Shown: one piece after another, positions 1 to 8,649 of the stretch
Layout: each line of letters starts with the position of its first letter
How positions within the stretch are numbered: the first letter of the stretch is position 1
Origin: Gammaproteobacteria bacterium RIFCSPHIGHO2_12_FULL_39_24
Lineage (GTDB): Bacteria > Pseudomonadota > Gammaproteobacteria > Coxiellales > Coxiellaceae
Direction: 5' to 3'
NCBI GenBank assembly: GCA_001802455.1
Contig: MGXZ01000020.1
Span: 32,742-96,741 of the forward strand
Length of the DNA: 64,000 bases
Made by a program: the position numbers and the translations under genes
Notes under the pieces: generated by a model
Database searches by the model: none
Told to the model about the DNA's origin: nothing
Seen by the model: the letters and a program-made list of their open reading frames with translations, nothing else

Positions 1-250
1 CCACACCATTTACTATTACAAAATAAAAAACTTCTTGATGTATTTTATTTTTTTCCGATTGAAATAAATAACGCCGACATAATAGATACGCAACCATCAT
101 TCCAATAAGATAGGCAATCACAATGGACCAGGCATATGAAAAAAAATTGCCTATAATAATTCGCGATCCTAAATTAATGAATGCAGCAAATCCATTCACC
201 AATAAAAATAATATAAATTTTTTATCGTAAAACTGACTGATAATCTTCAT
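1..250 (-). CDS. GtrA-like membrane protein, N-terminal part (gene continues past the left edge)
   Basis: Absent from the ORF track because it has no stop in the window. My own reverse-complement translation from the ATG at 250..248 gives MKIISQFYDKKFILFLLVNGFAAFINLGSRIIIGNFFSYAWSIVIAYLIGMMVAYLLCRRYLFQSEKNKIHQEVFYFVIVNGV, 83 codons without a stop. It has hydrophobic helices separated by a basic loop, as in GtrA-family proteins. The start overlaps the 3' end of the upstream ORF by 29 nt. Confidence 0.55.
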   Translation of the reverse strand, partial: MKIISQFYDKKFILFLLVNGFAAFINLGSRIIIGNFFSYAWSIVIAYLIGMMVAYLLCRRYLFQSEKNKIHQEVFYFVIVNGV

Positions 251-1565
251 GAACCAGTGTCGCTAACGTTGATCCCATTTTCACACTTTCCGACATACTG
301 CGATCTTCGGGATAATAATACGCCGTATCCGCCATATAAAATCCCTTTATTTCATCACATCGCATACGGGGTAATTTATCCAAGAAATTTATGCTACAAA
401 CGGTTTGTGAATACGCATAACGCGTTACTTTTGCAGCAATAATAGCTTCTTTAGTGAATGTATTCGATATCATACTAAGATAACGTGTTGCTTCTTTAAT
501 AAATCGTTCATCTTTCCAGCGATATTTTTCATGCGTAGATGGCATGTAATAAGGCACATAAATAATTCGTTCATCAGCTTGCGTAATACTGGAATTTAAA
601 TTGGTGTATTCAATGATACCTGGCAATGCAATACGAGAATCGTTGATGTTAACCCAAAAATGTTGTGTGATCGATTTTTTTGTTTTAAATAATACGCACG
701 CAACAGCAACGTTGGTGATAGCATTAATTTGATCATGCGTTTTTTTCGAAAAACTGGGGACTAACTTACTTACAAAAGGTAGTGGGATAGTTGAAACCAC
801 AATATCACTCTCAACCAGTTGTCCATTGATATTGACACCAATCACTTTATTATTTTCAGCAACCACTTCATCCACACCGGCGTTCAAATAAATATGTCCA
901 CCCATTTCGATAATACGATTTTTCATCGCGTCTAATAAAATTTCTGATCCGCCCTCAAGATAACCCAGCTGCTCTTTAAATAAATTACGTCGTGATAAAC
1001 CAACTCGTTTAATGCGTGTTCCTAACCAAGCAGCGGACAAATCATTTTTGTAATGATAAAATTTATAATAAAACAAACTGTCCCACAAAATTTCATATCC
1101 TTTTTTTCCCACCCATTTTTTTAGCCACGCAGTCGCTGTTATTTTATCAAGCTTATTCCAATTCTTGGTGTGCGACATTTTGAATGCCATTAATCCATAA
1201 CGCAATTTAGTCAGAAAATTCAATTTGGGAAAGGTTAACAATCCAATCGGTGTTCCCCACGGATACAACTTTCCATCGTAAAAAAAACCCATCGTCGTGT
1301 CTGTCCATCGCAACGCATGTTGCAAATTAAATTCAGACAACAGATCAAACAGTGGTTTATCTGTTTTACAAATAAAATGATAAAAACGTTCAATCTGAGT
1401 GCCATCGAAATCAAATGACGCAGACATTCCTCCGATACGATCATCGCGTTCGTACACACTCACGTGAAAACCTTTTTTTTGTAATTCATACGCTGCCATC
1501 AACCCCATGGGGCCGGCGCCAATGATAATGGCATTATTCGCGCGCATTGCCATATGACTCCTCAA
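222..1565 (-). CDS. FAD/NAD(P)-binding oxidoreductase (Rossmann-type flavoprotein, amine-oxidase/desaturase-like)
   Basis: 447-aa ORF with an N-terminal dinucleotide-binding fold, IIIGAGPMGLMAAYELQKKGFHVSVYERDDRIGG. It overlaps its neighbours by 32 and 29 nt, suggesting an operon. The start could be M1, M5 or M7. Confidence 0.8.
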   Translation of the reverse strand: MRSHMAMRANNAIIIGAGPMGLMAAYELQKKGFHVSVYERDDRIGGMSASFDFDGTQIERFYHFICKTDKPLFDLLSEFNLQHALRWTDTTMGFFYDGKLYPWGTPIGLLTFPKLNFLTKLRYGLMAFKMSHTKNWNKLDKITATAWLKKWVGKKGYEILWDSLFYYKFYHYKNDLSAAWLGTRIKRVGLSRRNLFKEQLGYLEGGSEILLDAMKNRIIEMGGHIYLNAGVDEVVAENNKVIGVNINGQLVESDIVVSTIPLPFVSKLVPSFSKKTHDQINAITNVAVACVLFKTKKSITQHFWVNINDSRIALPGIIEYTNLNSSITQADERIIYVPYYMPSTHEKYRWKDERFIKEATRYLSMISNTFTKEAIIAAKVTRYAYSQTVCSINFLDKLPRMRCDEIKGFYMADTAYYYPEDRSMSESVKMGSTLATLVHEDYQSVLR

Positions 1566-2466
1566 ACGCTTGACGTAATGGTGTTGGAGTTACCTTAAAT
1601 TCTTTTTCATAATCAACACCCACAAAATAATCACCTGCGGTTAATGCTTTTAATTGATCTGTGGTAAAAGGTGGTTTACTTGAAATCATTCCGGCGATTT
1701 TTATGATCCCATAAAAAAGACGATAGGGAATTTTAATAATCATGGTTTTTGATTTTTTGATTTTTTTAATTAAGTAAATAATATCGATATAATTCATTTC
1801 CTCTAATCCAGCAATATCAAAAATTTTTCCTGACGGTTTTTTTTCAAGCGCAGAAATAATGATTCTGCAAAAATCGCGACTGTATAATGGTTGACGTAAA
1901 TATTTTCCATCTCCTGGAATCGGAAAAATAGGTGTTTTTTCCATAAAACGAGACAACCAACCAAAATGTTTTGGGTCAAACCGTCCAAACATCAAGGTCG
2001 GTCTCAAAACACAACAAGCAATATTGCTGTCAAGCACCCTCTTTTCCTGTGCTTTTTTTGTGTTGGTGTAATCATCATTTGCAACTGAGTTAACAACAGA
2101 TGAACTGACATGAACGGTAAACACAATATTATTTTTTTTAATCGCATTTAAAACATGCTCTGTTGCAGTGAGATTATTTTTTTCAAATTCAGTTAAATAA
2201 AGACTCGTGACTTGTGCATGCAGAATAATGACGTATTGCGCATCGTTGAAATGATGTTCCCACTCACCCGGCACACTTAAATCGGCGCTCACGCACTGAA
2301 CGGATGGATTGCGTTTTTGAAGCAATGCCATATTCTCTGCATGCTTATCAATTGCAACCAGATTACAAAATCCTTTTTCACGCAACAGCAATAATAGATT
2401 TTGACCCACCAAACCTGCAGCGCCGGTGATAATGATTTTGTCTTGTGTATTCATGTTAATTATCAA
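1534..2466 (-). CDS. NAD(P)-dependent epimerase/dehydratase-family SDR
   Basis: 310-aa ORF with the glycine-rich motif IIITGAAGLVGQNL and YTNTK (YxxxK). An alternative ATG lies at 2454. Confidence 0.8.
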   Translation of the reverse strand: MIINMNTQDKIIITGAAGLVGQNLLLLLREKGFCNLVAIDKHAENMALLQKRNPSVQCVSADLSVPGEWEHHFNDAQYVIILHAQVTSLYLTEFEKNNLTATEHVLNAIKKNNIVFTVHVSSSVVNSVANDDYTNTKKAQEKRVLDSNIACCVLRPTLMFGRFDPKHFGWLSRFMEKTPIFPIPGDGKYLRQPLYSRDFCRIIISALEKKPSGKIFDIAGLEEMNYIDIIYLIKKIKKSKTMIIKIPYRLFYGIIKIAGMISSKPPFTTDQLKALTAGDYFVGVDYEKEFKVTPTPLRQAFEESYGNARE

Positions 2467-2480
2467 TCATTGGTTAAAAA

Positions 2481-2605
2481 TGAATTAAGCGCTGACAATT
2501 TGCATTCGTTCGTAGCCGTCACAACACCCTTGTTTTTCGTGAACATGACACAAAAACAAGGGATCTTGCAACGGCTTCTCACTACTTTAATTAGCGCTTA
2601 ATTCA
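2481..2605. repeat. Palindromic MITE/REP-like element, copy A (125 bp)
   Basis: Terminal inverted repeats are TGAATTAAGCGCT (2481..2493) and AGCGCTTAATTCA (2593..2605). The central hairpin is CCCTTGTTTTT / AAAAACAAGGG around the core TTTTTCGTGAACATGACACAAAAA. It lies in the 154-nt gap between two co-oriented genes. Confidence 0.85.
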
Positions 2606-2620
2606 CATTAGACAATCTAT

Positions 2621-4051
2621 TCACCCAATCGCCACCAGCGCTATTACAACAATAATAAATCCGATCACATACGTAACGCGATCTTTCAACGCAAACACAA
2701 TCGGATCATCATGCATTCTCCCCTCTGCGGTCATCAACCATGCACGCAAAATCCAATATAACAATAGCGGGCAAATTAAAAATAATAATTCGCTATAGTG
2801 ATACAAACGCAAAGATTCTTGCGACTGTACATATAACGCAAAAATTAAAATAGAGGCAAAACCACTGCAAATACCGAACATTTTGGTTTCTGACTCATGC
2901 TCAATCAAATAGGCACGACCTGGTAATCGTTCAAAACCATTTTCACTAAAACGTTTTAATTCACTGAGCCGCTTCATCAGAGCAAGGCTGGTAAAAAAGA
3001 AAAATGAAAATAATAACAACCACTGTGAATAACCCGTTTCACCCATAATCGTCATACCTGCAACAATGCGCGTGGTATACAATATTGCTAACGCAAACAC
3101 ATCCACTAACAATAATTTTTTTAATTTAAACGAATAAGCAACGGTAATTATGTAGTAGGAAATCAGTGCAATACAAAATACGGATGGTAACCACTCAAGC
3201 GCCAACACAACACCCGCCATAAAATTCACCGCCATCCCCAACAATGCGTATGAAATACTTAATTCGCCGCTGGCGACCGGACGAAATCGTTTGGTTGGGT
3301 GTAGTCGATCAGAAGGTAAATCCAATACATCATTTAATAAATAGGCGCTGGATGCAATCAATGAAAAACAAATAAATCCTAATACGGTAGATAAAATAAG
3401 TGGCGCATTATTAATTTCGTGCCCCAACAAAAGCGGCAAAAATATCAAAAGATTTTTTGCATACTGATGAATGCGCAACGCTTTTAAAAATGTTGAGAAA
3501 TTATTCATTGATGTTTTAAATACGATAGAAACGGGCGTTATTTTTTTTACTTTTTCAATAAAATGTGGGCTGTTGTTAACCACAACGGCTTCAGCAGCAT
3601 GTGCAAATACGGTTAAATCACATCGACCATTGCCAACATAAACGTACTGTCTTGAACCAAATTGTTGATCTAAGAAATCTCTTTTGCTGATACCACTTAA
3701 ATTAAGATCCCAATTCGTACCAAATGCTGTTTCAAAAATGGGGATTTGTTTTGCGATGGTATCTGCAATTTTTTGATCTGCCGCCGTAACCAAATATAAT
3801 TTGCATCCAGCCTCTTTTTGTTTTTTTAGCCAAAGTAAAAGTGGTTGATTCACCGGTAAATGTAATGTTGAAACATCAATGGATCCGGATAATTGTTTTT
3901 TGCAATAAACTCTTCCTTTTACCAATAACCAATAAAATATTTTAAAAACAATAAAAATATTTTTTTTAAAAGCGGCGATGGCAGTTTCATGCAATGTGTC
4001 TGTTAAAACAAGAGAACCATCCAGATCAACGCAAATGATTTTGTTTTCCAT
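2621..4051 (-). CDS. Fusion of a HAD-type phosphatase domain and a UbiA-superfamily polyprenyl-phosphate (phosphoribosyl)transferase-like domain
   Basis: 476-aa ORF. The N-terminus carries HAD motif I, VDLDGSL. The C-terminal ~280 aa are polytopic and carry the Asp-rich motif NDVLDLPSDRLHPTKRFRPVASG. From memory this resembles the Rv3806c-type phosphoribosyltransferase branch of the UbiA family. Confidence 0.7.
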   Translation of the reverse strand: MENKIICVDLDGSLVLTDTLHETAIAAFKKNIFIVFKIFYWLLVKGRVYCKKQLSGSIDVSTLHLPVNQPLLLWLKKQKEAGCKLYLVTAADQKIADTIAKQIPIFETAFGTNWDLNLSGISKRDFLDQQFGSRQYVYVGNGRCDLTVFAHAAEAVVVNNSPHFIEKVKKITPVSIVFKTSMNNFSTFLKALRIHQYAKNLLIFLPLLLGHEINNAPLILSTVLGFICFSLIASSAYLLNDVLDLPSDRLHPTKRFRPVASGELSISYALLGMAVNFMAGVVLALEWLPSVFCIALISYYIITVAYSFKLKKLLLVDVFALAILYTTRIVAGMTIMGETGYSQWLLLFSFFFFTSLALMKRLSELKRFSENGFERLPGRAYLIEHESETKMFGICSGFASILIFALYVQSQESLRLYHYSELLFLICPLLLYWILRAWLMTAEGRMHDDPIVFALKDRVTYVIGFIIVVIALVAIG

Positions 4052-4053
4052 CG

Positions 4054-5133
4054 CTAAGTGACCAAGACTGGCTCAAGCTGAGCACTAACTGATTGCGGAT
4101 GACAAGATTTGCTATAAATCACTCGACTTCCATGTTCTTGAAAAGCAATATCCAGCAATTTATGTTCAGATAATGCTTGCGTAATCTGTGGACGTTTTTC
4201 AGGGGGTGCTACCAACAACAAAAAGCCACCACCGCCCGCGCCACATAATTTTCCACCATAGGCACCAGCCGATAATGCTTTTGCATAAACGGCATCAACA
4301 TGAGGATTGCTGATGTGTGAAGCAATACTACGTTTCACTTCCCATGCGTAATGTAAAAGTTTACCAAAACGCTCAATCATTTCCGATGCAGTGTAATGAC
4401 TGTTTGTTAAAATTGAAAAAGCGTCGTCCACTTGCTCACACAATTTTTCAAGACGTTGGTTTCGATGATCTTTGCTGTTTTCATGAAAAGTTTGCGTTTG
4501 CATTTCAGCAGAAGATCGAAGACCGCCAATAAAAAACATCATGCAGGCTGATTCCAAAGCGCGTTTTTTTTCGTAGCTCAAACAAATGGGCTCGATATGA
4601 AAACGATTCTGCGAAAAAATAATTTTATTAAATCCACCACACGCTGCATAAACTTGATCTTGCCATCCACCGGTTTTTTGCAACTCACCACCCCGTTCAA
4701 TTTGAATGGCTTCTTCCGCCAACAATTCTGGCAATCGATAAATACCATGCAAAGCGTAAATTGCGTTGAGCATGCCAACGGTAAATGATGATGAAGATCC
4801 AACACCACTAGCCCCGGGTAAATCAGCAAACGTATTAATATCCAAAAAACTATTTTCATCTAAACAAGGATGCGTTTCTAAAATACGACGCGCTATTTCA
4901 TTCTCTAGTTGACTGGGTTGGTTTACATATTCTAATTTTGCATAAGATAATCGGATGCGTTTTTCAAAAAAACGCGCGAGCGAATTGACAGTCACATACA
5001 TATACTTATCAATGGCCGCTCCGAGAACAGCGCCACGCGACTGATTGAAAAAATCAGGAAAATCGGTTCCACCACCGAAAAAACCAATACGAAACGGTGT
5101 TTGCGTAATCACAATACCCTGCGTTCTCGTCAC
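4054..5133 (-). CDS. GHMP-family sugar kinase, HddA-like (D-glycero-D-manno-heptose 7-phosphate kinase type)
   Basis: 359-aa ORF with PFRIGFFGGGTDFPDF at the N-terminus and the GHMP motif LPGASGVGSSSS. Confidence 0.75.
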   Translation of the reverse strand: MTRTQGIVITQTPFRIGFFGGGTDFPDFFNQSRGAVLGAAIDKYMYVTVNSLARFFEKRIRLSYAKLEYVNQPSQLENEIARRILETHPCLDENSFLDINTFADLPGASGVGSSSSFTVGMLNAIYALHGIYRLPELLAEEAIQIERGGELQKTGGWQDQVYAACGGFNKIIFSQNRFHIEPICLSYEKKRALESACMMFFIGGLRSSAEMQTQTFHENSKDHRNQRLEKLCEQVDDAFSILTNSHYTASEMIERFGKLLHYAWEVKRSIASHISNPHVDAVYAKALSAGAYGGKLCGAGGGGFLLLVAPPEKRPQITQALSEHKLLDIAFQEHGSRVIYSKSCHPQSVSAQLEPVLVT

Positions 5134-5147
5134 TGTTCGTCCTTTAT

Positions 5148-5945
5148 TTAAATTAATATTTTTTCTTCAGTTTGTGTTTTTTTACCCAATGACAATCCCA
5201 TCAGCTCATGATAAAAATCAATTGCATCCGCAGGTTTTCCATCAAATCGTAATTCACCCTGGTGCATCACAAACACACGACTACATAATTCTTTTAACGT
5301 ATCAAATTCATGTGATGCAAAAATTAATAATTCCGCATTATCAATTAATGCGGTAATTCTTTTTTTTGCTTTAACAATAAATTTGGCATCCCCTGCCGAA
5401 AACACTTCATCCAATATTAAAATATCACCAGAAACTGATGTGGAGATCGAAAATGCCAGTCGAACAATCATTCCGGCTGAATACGTTTTAATAGGGTAAT
5501 CAATAAAATCGCCCAGCTCAGCAAATTCAATAATTTCATCAATCATCGCGCGCATTTCTTTCGGTTTTTTCCCCAACAACAAGCCGCGGTACATAATATT
5601 CTCGCGACCCGTTGCTTCCATTTCAAAACCCAAATTCAATTCAAACAATGAACGCACATCGCCAATAATATCAACAGAACCCGCTGACAAGGGATAAACC
5701 TGCGCGATTGTTTTCAGTAGTGTGCTTTTCCCTGCGCCATTATGTCCAATGAGTCCGATTCGTTCGCCGTGATAAATTTGAAATGATATGTTTTTTAACG
5801 CATGCACATCGGTAATTTCAACGTGATTTATTTTTTTTCGTGCCACTCGCCTGAATATAGTTTCTTTAAGCGAATGTGCTTTATACGCCAATGATGAATA
5901 GCGAACATCAACATTTTTTAAAATAATATGCGTTTTCTGCGTCAT
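5148..5945 (-). CDS. wzt: Polysaccharide ABC exporter, ATP-binding protein (Wzt/TagH/KpsT type)
   Basis: 265-aa ORF with Walker A GHNGAGKST, signature YSAGM and Walker B ILILDE. It overlaps the permease gene by 4 nt. Confidence 0.88.
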   Translation of the reverse strand: MTQKTHIILKNVDVRYSSLAYKAHSLKETIFRRVARKKINHVEITDVHALKNISFQIYHGERIGLIGHNGAGKSTLLKTIAQVYPLSAGSVDIIGDVRSLFELNLGFEMEATGRENIMYRGLLLGKKPKEMRAMIDEIIEFAELGDFIDYPIKTYSAGMIVRLAFSISTSVSGDILILDEVFSAGDAKFIVKAKKRITALIDNAELLIFASHEFDTLKELCSRVFVMHQGELRFDGKPADAIDFYHELMGLSLGKKTQTEEKILI

Positions 5946-6754
5946 AAATAATGAATCAATGTGTTTTCGTTTTTAATTAATAAACGAATAGCCCATGCCC
6001 AAAAAATTAATCCTGCGACAATGACATAAGCAAAATCAATTATCATGGGCGCGTGCCCATACAAAATCGGCGCACGAAATAATTCCAACAAGTGGTAAAT
6101 TGGATTGTAAGTGACGAGCACATGCAAATGTTTCGATTTCATCAGCAGTTTGTCAGAAATAAAAATCGGCGACACGTACCACACCATCTGAAAAATTAAA
6201 ACCAACAACCGTGCAAAATCGCGAAACTGAGTATTCGTAATGCCGCAAACAATGCAAACAGGTAATGCAATAAAAAATAACATGCAAAGCGCTGGAACAA
6301 TCCACACCAACGTAACCAATAAATGAAATGGTTGTTTTAACAACATCCATGCAGCTAAACCAATCAAAGCGTACATCATGTATATCATCGAAACGAGTAC
6401 CGTTCGAATCGAATAAATAATCATCGGATGCTTAAATTGTTTGATGTAACTGCTCGCTTTAAAAAAAGCATCACAGCCATCATTGCCACTACTCGTAATG
6501 ACTTCCCACACAATTAAACCAGAATAAACGTATGGTGCGTATGAAATCGCTTGTGACTTAAAAATAAAACTCATCACCAGCGTTAAAATGGCAGTGAGTA
6601 ATAGTGGCGTTAGTACTGCCCATGCAATTCCTAAGTAGGAGCGACGAAAGCGCGCACGAATATCAGACAACGCGAGATGCCACCAAAAATAGCGTGCAGA
6701 CCAAATTCGCTGTAAGTATTGCGGATAATTCGTTTCTATTTGTACATTTTGCAT
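5942..6754 (-). CDS. wzm: Polysaccharide ABC exporter, ABC-2 type permease (Wzm type)
   Basis: 270-aa polytopic ORF with about 6 hydrophobic helices, translationally coupled to the ATPase gene. Confidence 0.85.
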   Translation of the reverse strand: MQNVQIETNYPQYLQRIWSARYFWWHLALSDIRARFRRSYLGIAWAVLTPLLLTAILTLVMSFIFKSQAISYAPYVYSGLIVWEVITSSGNDGCDAFFKASSYIKQFKHPMIIYSIRTVLVSMIYMMYALIGLAAWMLLKQPFHLLVTLVWIVPALCMLFFIALPVCIVCGITNTQFRDFARLLVLIFQMVWYVSPIFISDKLLMKSKHLHVLVTYNPIYHLLELFRAPILYGHAPMIIDFAYVIVAGLIFWAWAIRLLIKNENTLIHYL

Positions 6755-6793
6755 GCTGTTGGACGAAACCTACCATGATCAAAAACGAATGAA

Positions 6794-7507
6794 TTATGGA
6801 ATAAATGCTTGATCTGCGTCAATCAATTTGAACTCAGCATAGCTCTCCGGCGTGCCGATATCATAGAACACGCCATCTAATTCTACGACACTGAGTTTTT
6901 TTCCCTGAGTTAACAACTGGGGATATAGCTCTGTTTCAAGTGAATAAGCTTGATTCTCAGGAATCGCAGAAAAAACAGCGGGTGATAATTTATAAATTCC
7001 CGCACTCACTAATCCATTCTGTTGTTGCTGCTTTTCTGCGAAAAATGCAATTTCATTGCTATGGGACTTTAAATAAATACTGCCAAAACGATCTGCTTCT
7101 TTTACTTTTTTGACACCAATGAGTGCTACATTATCATCGAGTGATTGCATAATAAAATTATTTAAATTTCCAGAAAAAAAAGTATCGCCGTTGAGAAATA
7201 AAAATGTTGATTCTGTTTTTAAATAAGGTGCCGCGAATAACAATGCGCCCGCTGTTCCCAGCAGGGTTTCTTCGCGAGAATAAATAATGTCTACACCCAA
7301 CTGATTTCCATTTCCACATGTACTTTCAATTTTGTCGTGCAGGTATCCCGTCAATAAAATAATATTTTTTATGCCATAGCTCGCTAACTTGCGAATCAAT
7401 AAAAATAAAAACGGCGTATCACCCACTGGTGCTAATGGTTTTGGCACATCGGAAATAACCGATTGTAGTCGAGACCCTTTTCCACCCACTAAAATAGCTG
7501 CGATCAT
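6794..7507 (-). CDS. Sugar-1-phosphate nucleotidyltransferase (HddC/RmlA-fold)
   Basis: 237-aa ORF with N-terminal ILVGGKGSRLQSVISDVPKPL (GxGxRL...K motif). It is the first gene of the minus-strand run 7507..~1. Confidence 0.8.
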   Translation of the reverse strand: MIAAILVGGKGSRLQSVISDVPKPLAPVGDTPFLFLLIRKLASYGIKNIILLTGYLHDKIESTCGNGNQLGVDIIYSREETLLGTAGALLFAAPYLKTESTFLFLNGDTFFSGNLNNFIMQSLDDNVALIGVKKVKEADRFGSIYLKSHSNEIAFFAEKQQQQNGLVSAGIYKLSPAVFSAIPENQAYSLETELYPQLLTQGKKLSVVELDGVFYDIGTPESYAEFKLIDADQAFIP

Positions 7508-7749
7508 TAGTTACCTGTTGTTATACCAATTCCATTAAACGTTCGTTTTTTGATTTTTCTTTAGCGCGGCAAATTCAGCATCCTACCTCATCTTGCCTAA
7601 AATTAATATCCTTGTTAACCTTGTCAGGAGTTTTTTGTAAAAAACAAAATAAAACAATATGTTATGTCTATTTCATCGATAACCTCCTGATTTAATATTT
7701 TCAAAAAAGATAAAATATTATCTGTATTTGATATAGAATTATGCTATAA

Positions 7750-8649
7750 ATGATGTCGTACATTTCGGACAAAATATTGTCATATATTTGGATGAAAACA
7801 GTAATGCGTGATGATCAAAAGAACATGATTGTGACCATCAAGCGCGAAGCTCGACCAAAAAAGCTAACCGTGGAAATGCGACGAAATCTTTTGAGTCGAT
7901 TTCTTAATGCGCAGCCTAGTTATGTATTGGGTCGAGATTTAGCTGCTCAAAGAATGTTGGATCACAACAATTCTTGCGAGGAAAGAATAGTGCATACATC
8001 TGATTTGATGCAACCCTTTCATCCTTTACTAATTCTGATGGTCCCCACCATGACAGGCTGCGCTTTCTTGTATAACGAATACTGTTTGTCTACATCCCTG
8101 CAAGAATCTGCTTTTTTTTGGATGCGGCTTTTTTGGATGAATCCTGTGTTGTCTTGCAGCCAGTATTTTCGTGAGAGGCAAATGGAAATCAATTTTGTTT
8201 TGATGGTACTTGCAAATATGCTTTTTGGTGAAGGTGTGGGTTTGAAAACATTGTTTATTGTTGGTTTATCACTCACATGTGCAAATGTTATTAACCCATG
8301 CGTGAAAAAATTAATTGATTGCTATTGTAAATCGCAATTGGCTGCACACTACGCGAGAGAATTATTTGCAACGCTCGCTTTTATTGTGGTGAGCGCTGCA
8401 GTGTTTGGCTATGCCGTTTACACTTACTCACCCAACTCAACAGATTTATTAAACAATGAAAAATTATGTGAGCGGTTTTTAAAAGAGTGTTGTCAGGCTG
8501 CGTTTGACGTATTTGGTTTGCCGGTTACTGCGACTCGAAGAGATCTATTTCGTGAACATAAAGAATGGTCGTCACGTTGTTTTGCAACAGGAACAGACAG
8601 AGAGACTATCAATGGCGCTTTAGCAATAGCGCGTGGGTGTGCGTCGTGA
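7750..8649 (+). CDS. Hypothetical Cys-rich polytopic membrane protein
   Basis: 299-aa ORF on the opposite strand to the surrounding locus. It has several hydrophobic segments and about 14 Cys. I see no family match by eye and no obvious SD, so the start is uncertain (ATG 7750 or 7792). Confidence 0.5.
   Translation: MMSYISDKILSYIWMKTVMRDDQKNMIVTIKREARPKKLTVEMRRNLLSRFLNAQPSYVLGRDLAAQRMLDHNNSCEERIVHTSDLMQPFHPLLILMVPTMTGCAFLYNEYCLSTSLQESAFFWMRLFWMNPVLSCSQYFRERQMEINFVLMVLANMLFGEGVGLKTLFIVGLSLTCANVINPCVKKLIDCYCKSQLAAHYARELFATLAFIVVSAAVFGYAVYTYSPNSTDLLNNEKLCERFLKECCQAAFDVFGLPVTATRRDLFREHKEWSSRCFATGTDRETINGALAIARGCAS

Noticed and set aside
7578-7587. A third copy of the leader motif upstream of the 7507 operon (minus-strand GGTAGGATGC)
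   Set aside because: Only 7 of 9 core positions match and the flanks are unrelated. This is too weak to distinguish from chance in an AT-rich 242-nt region.
8480-8649. J-domain-like tail of the 299-aa protein (FDVFGLPVTATRRDLFREHKEW...)
   Set aside because: The segment superficially resembles helix I-II of DnaJ domains. It has no HPD tripeptide and is too short for a full J domain, so the resemblance is probably coincidental.
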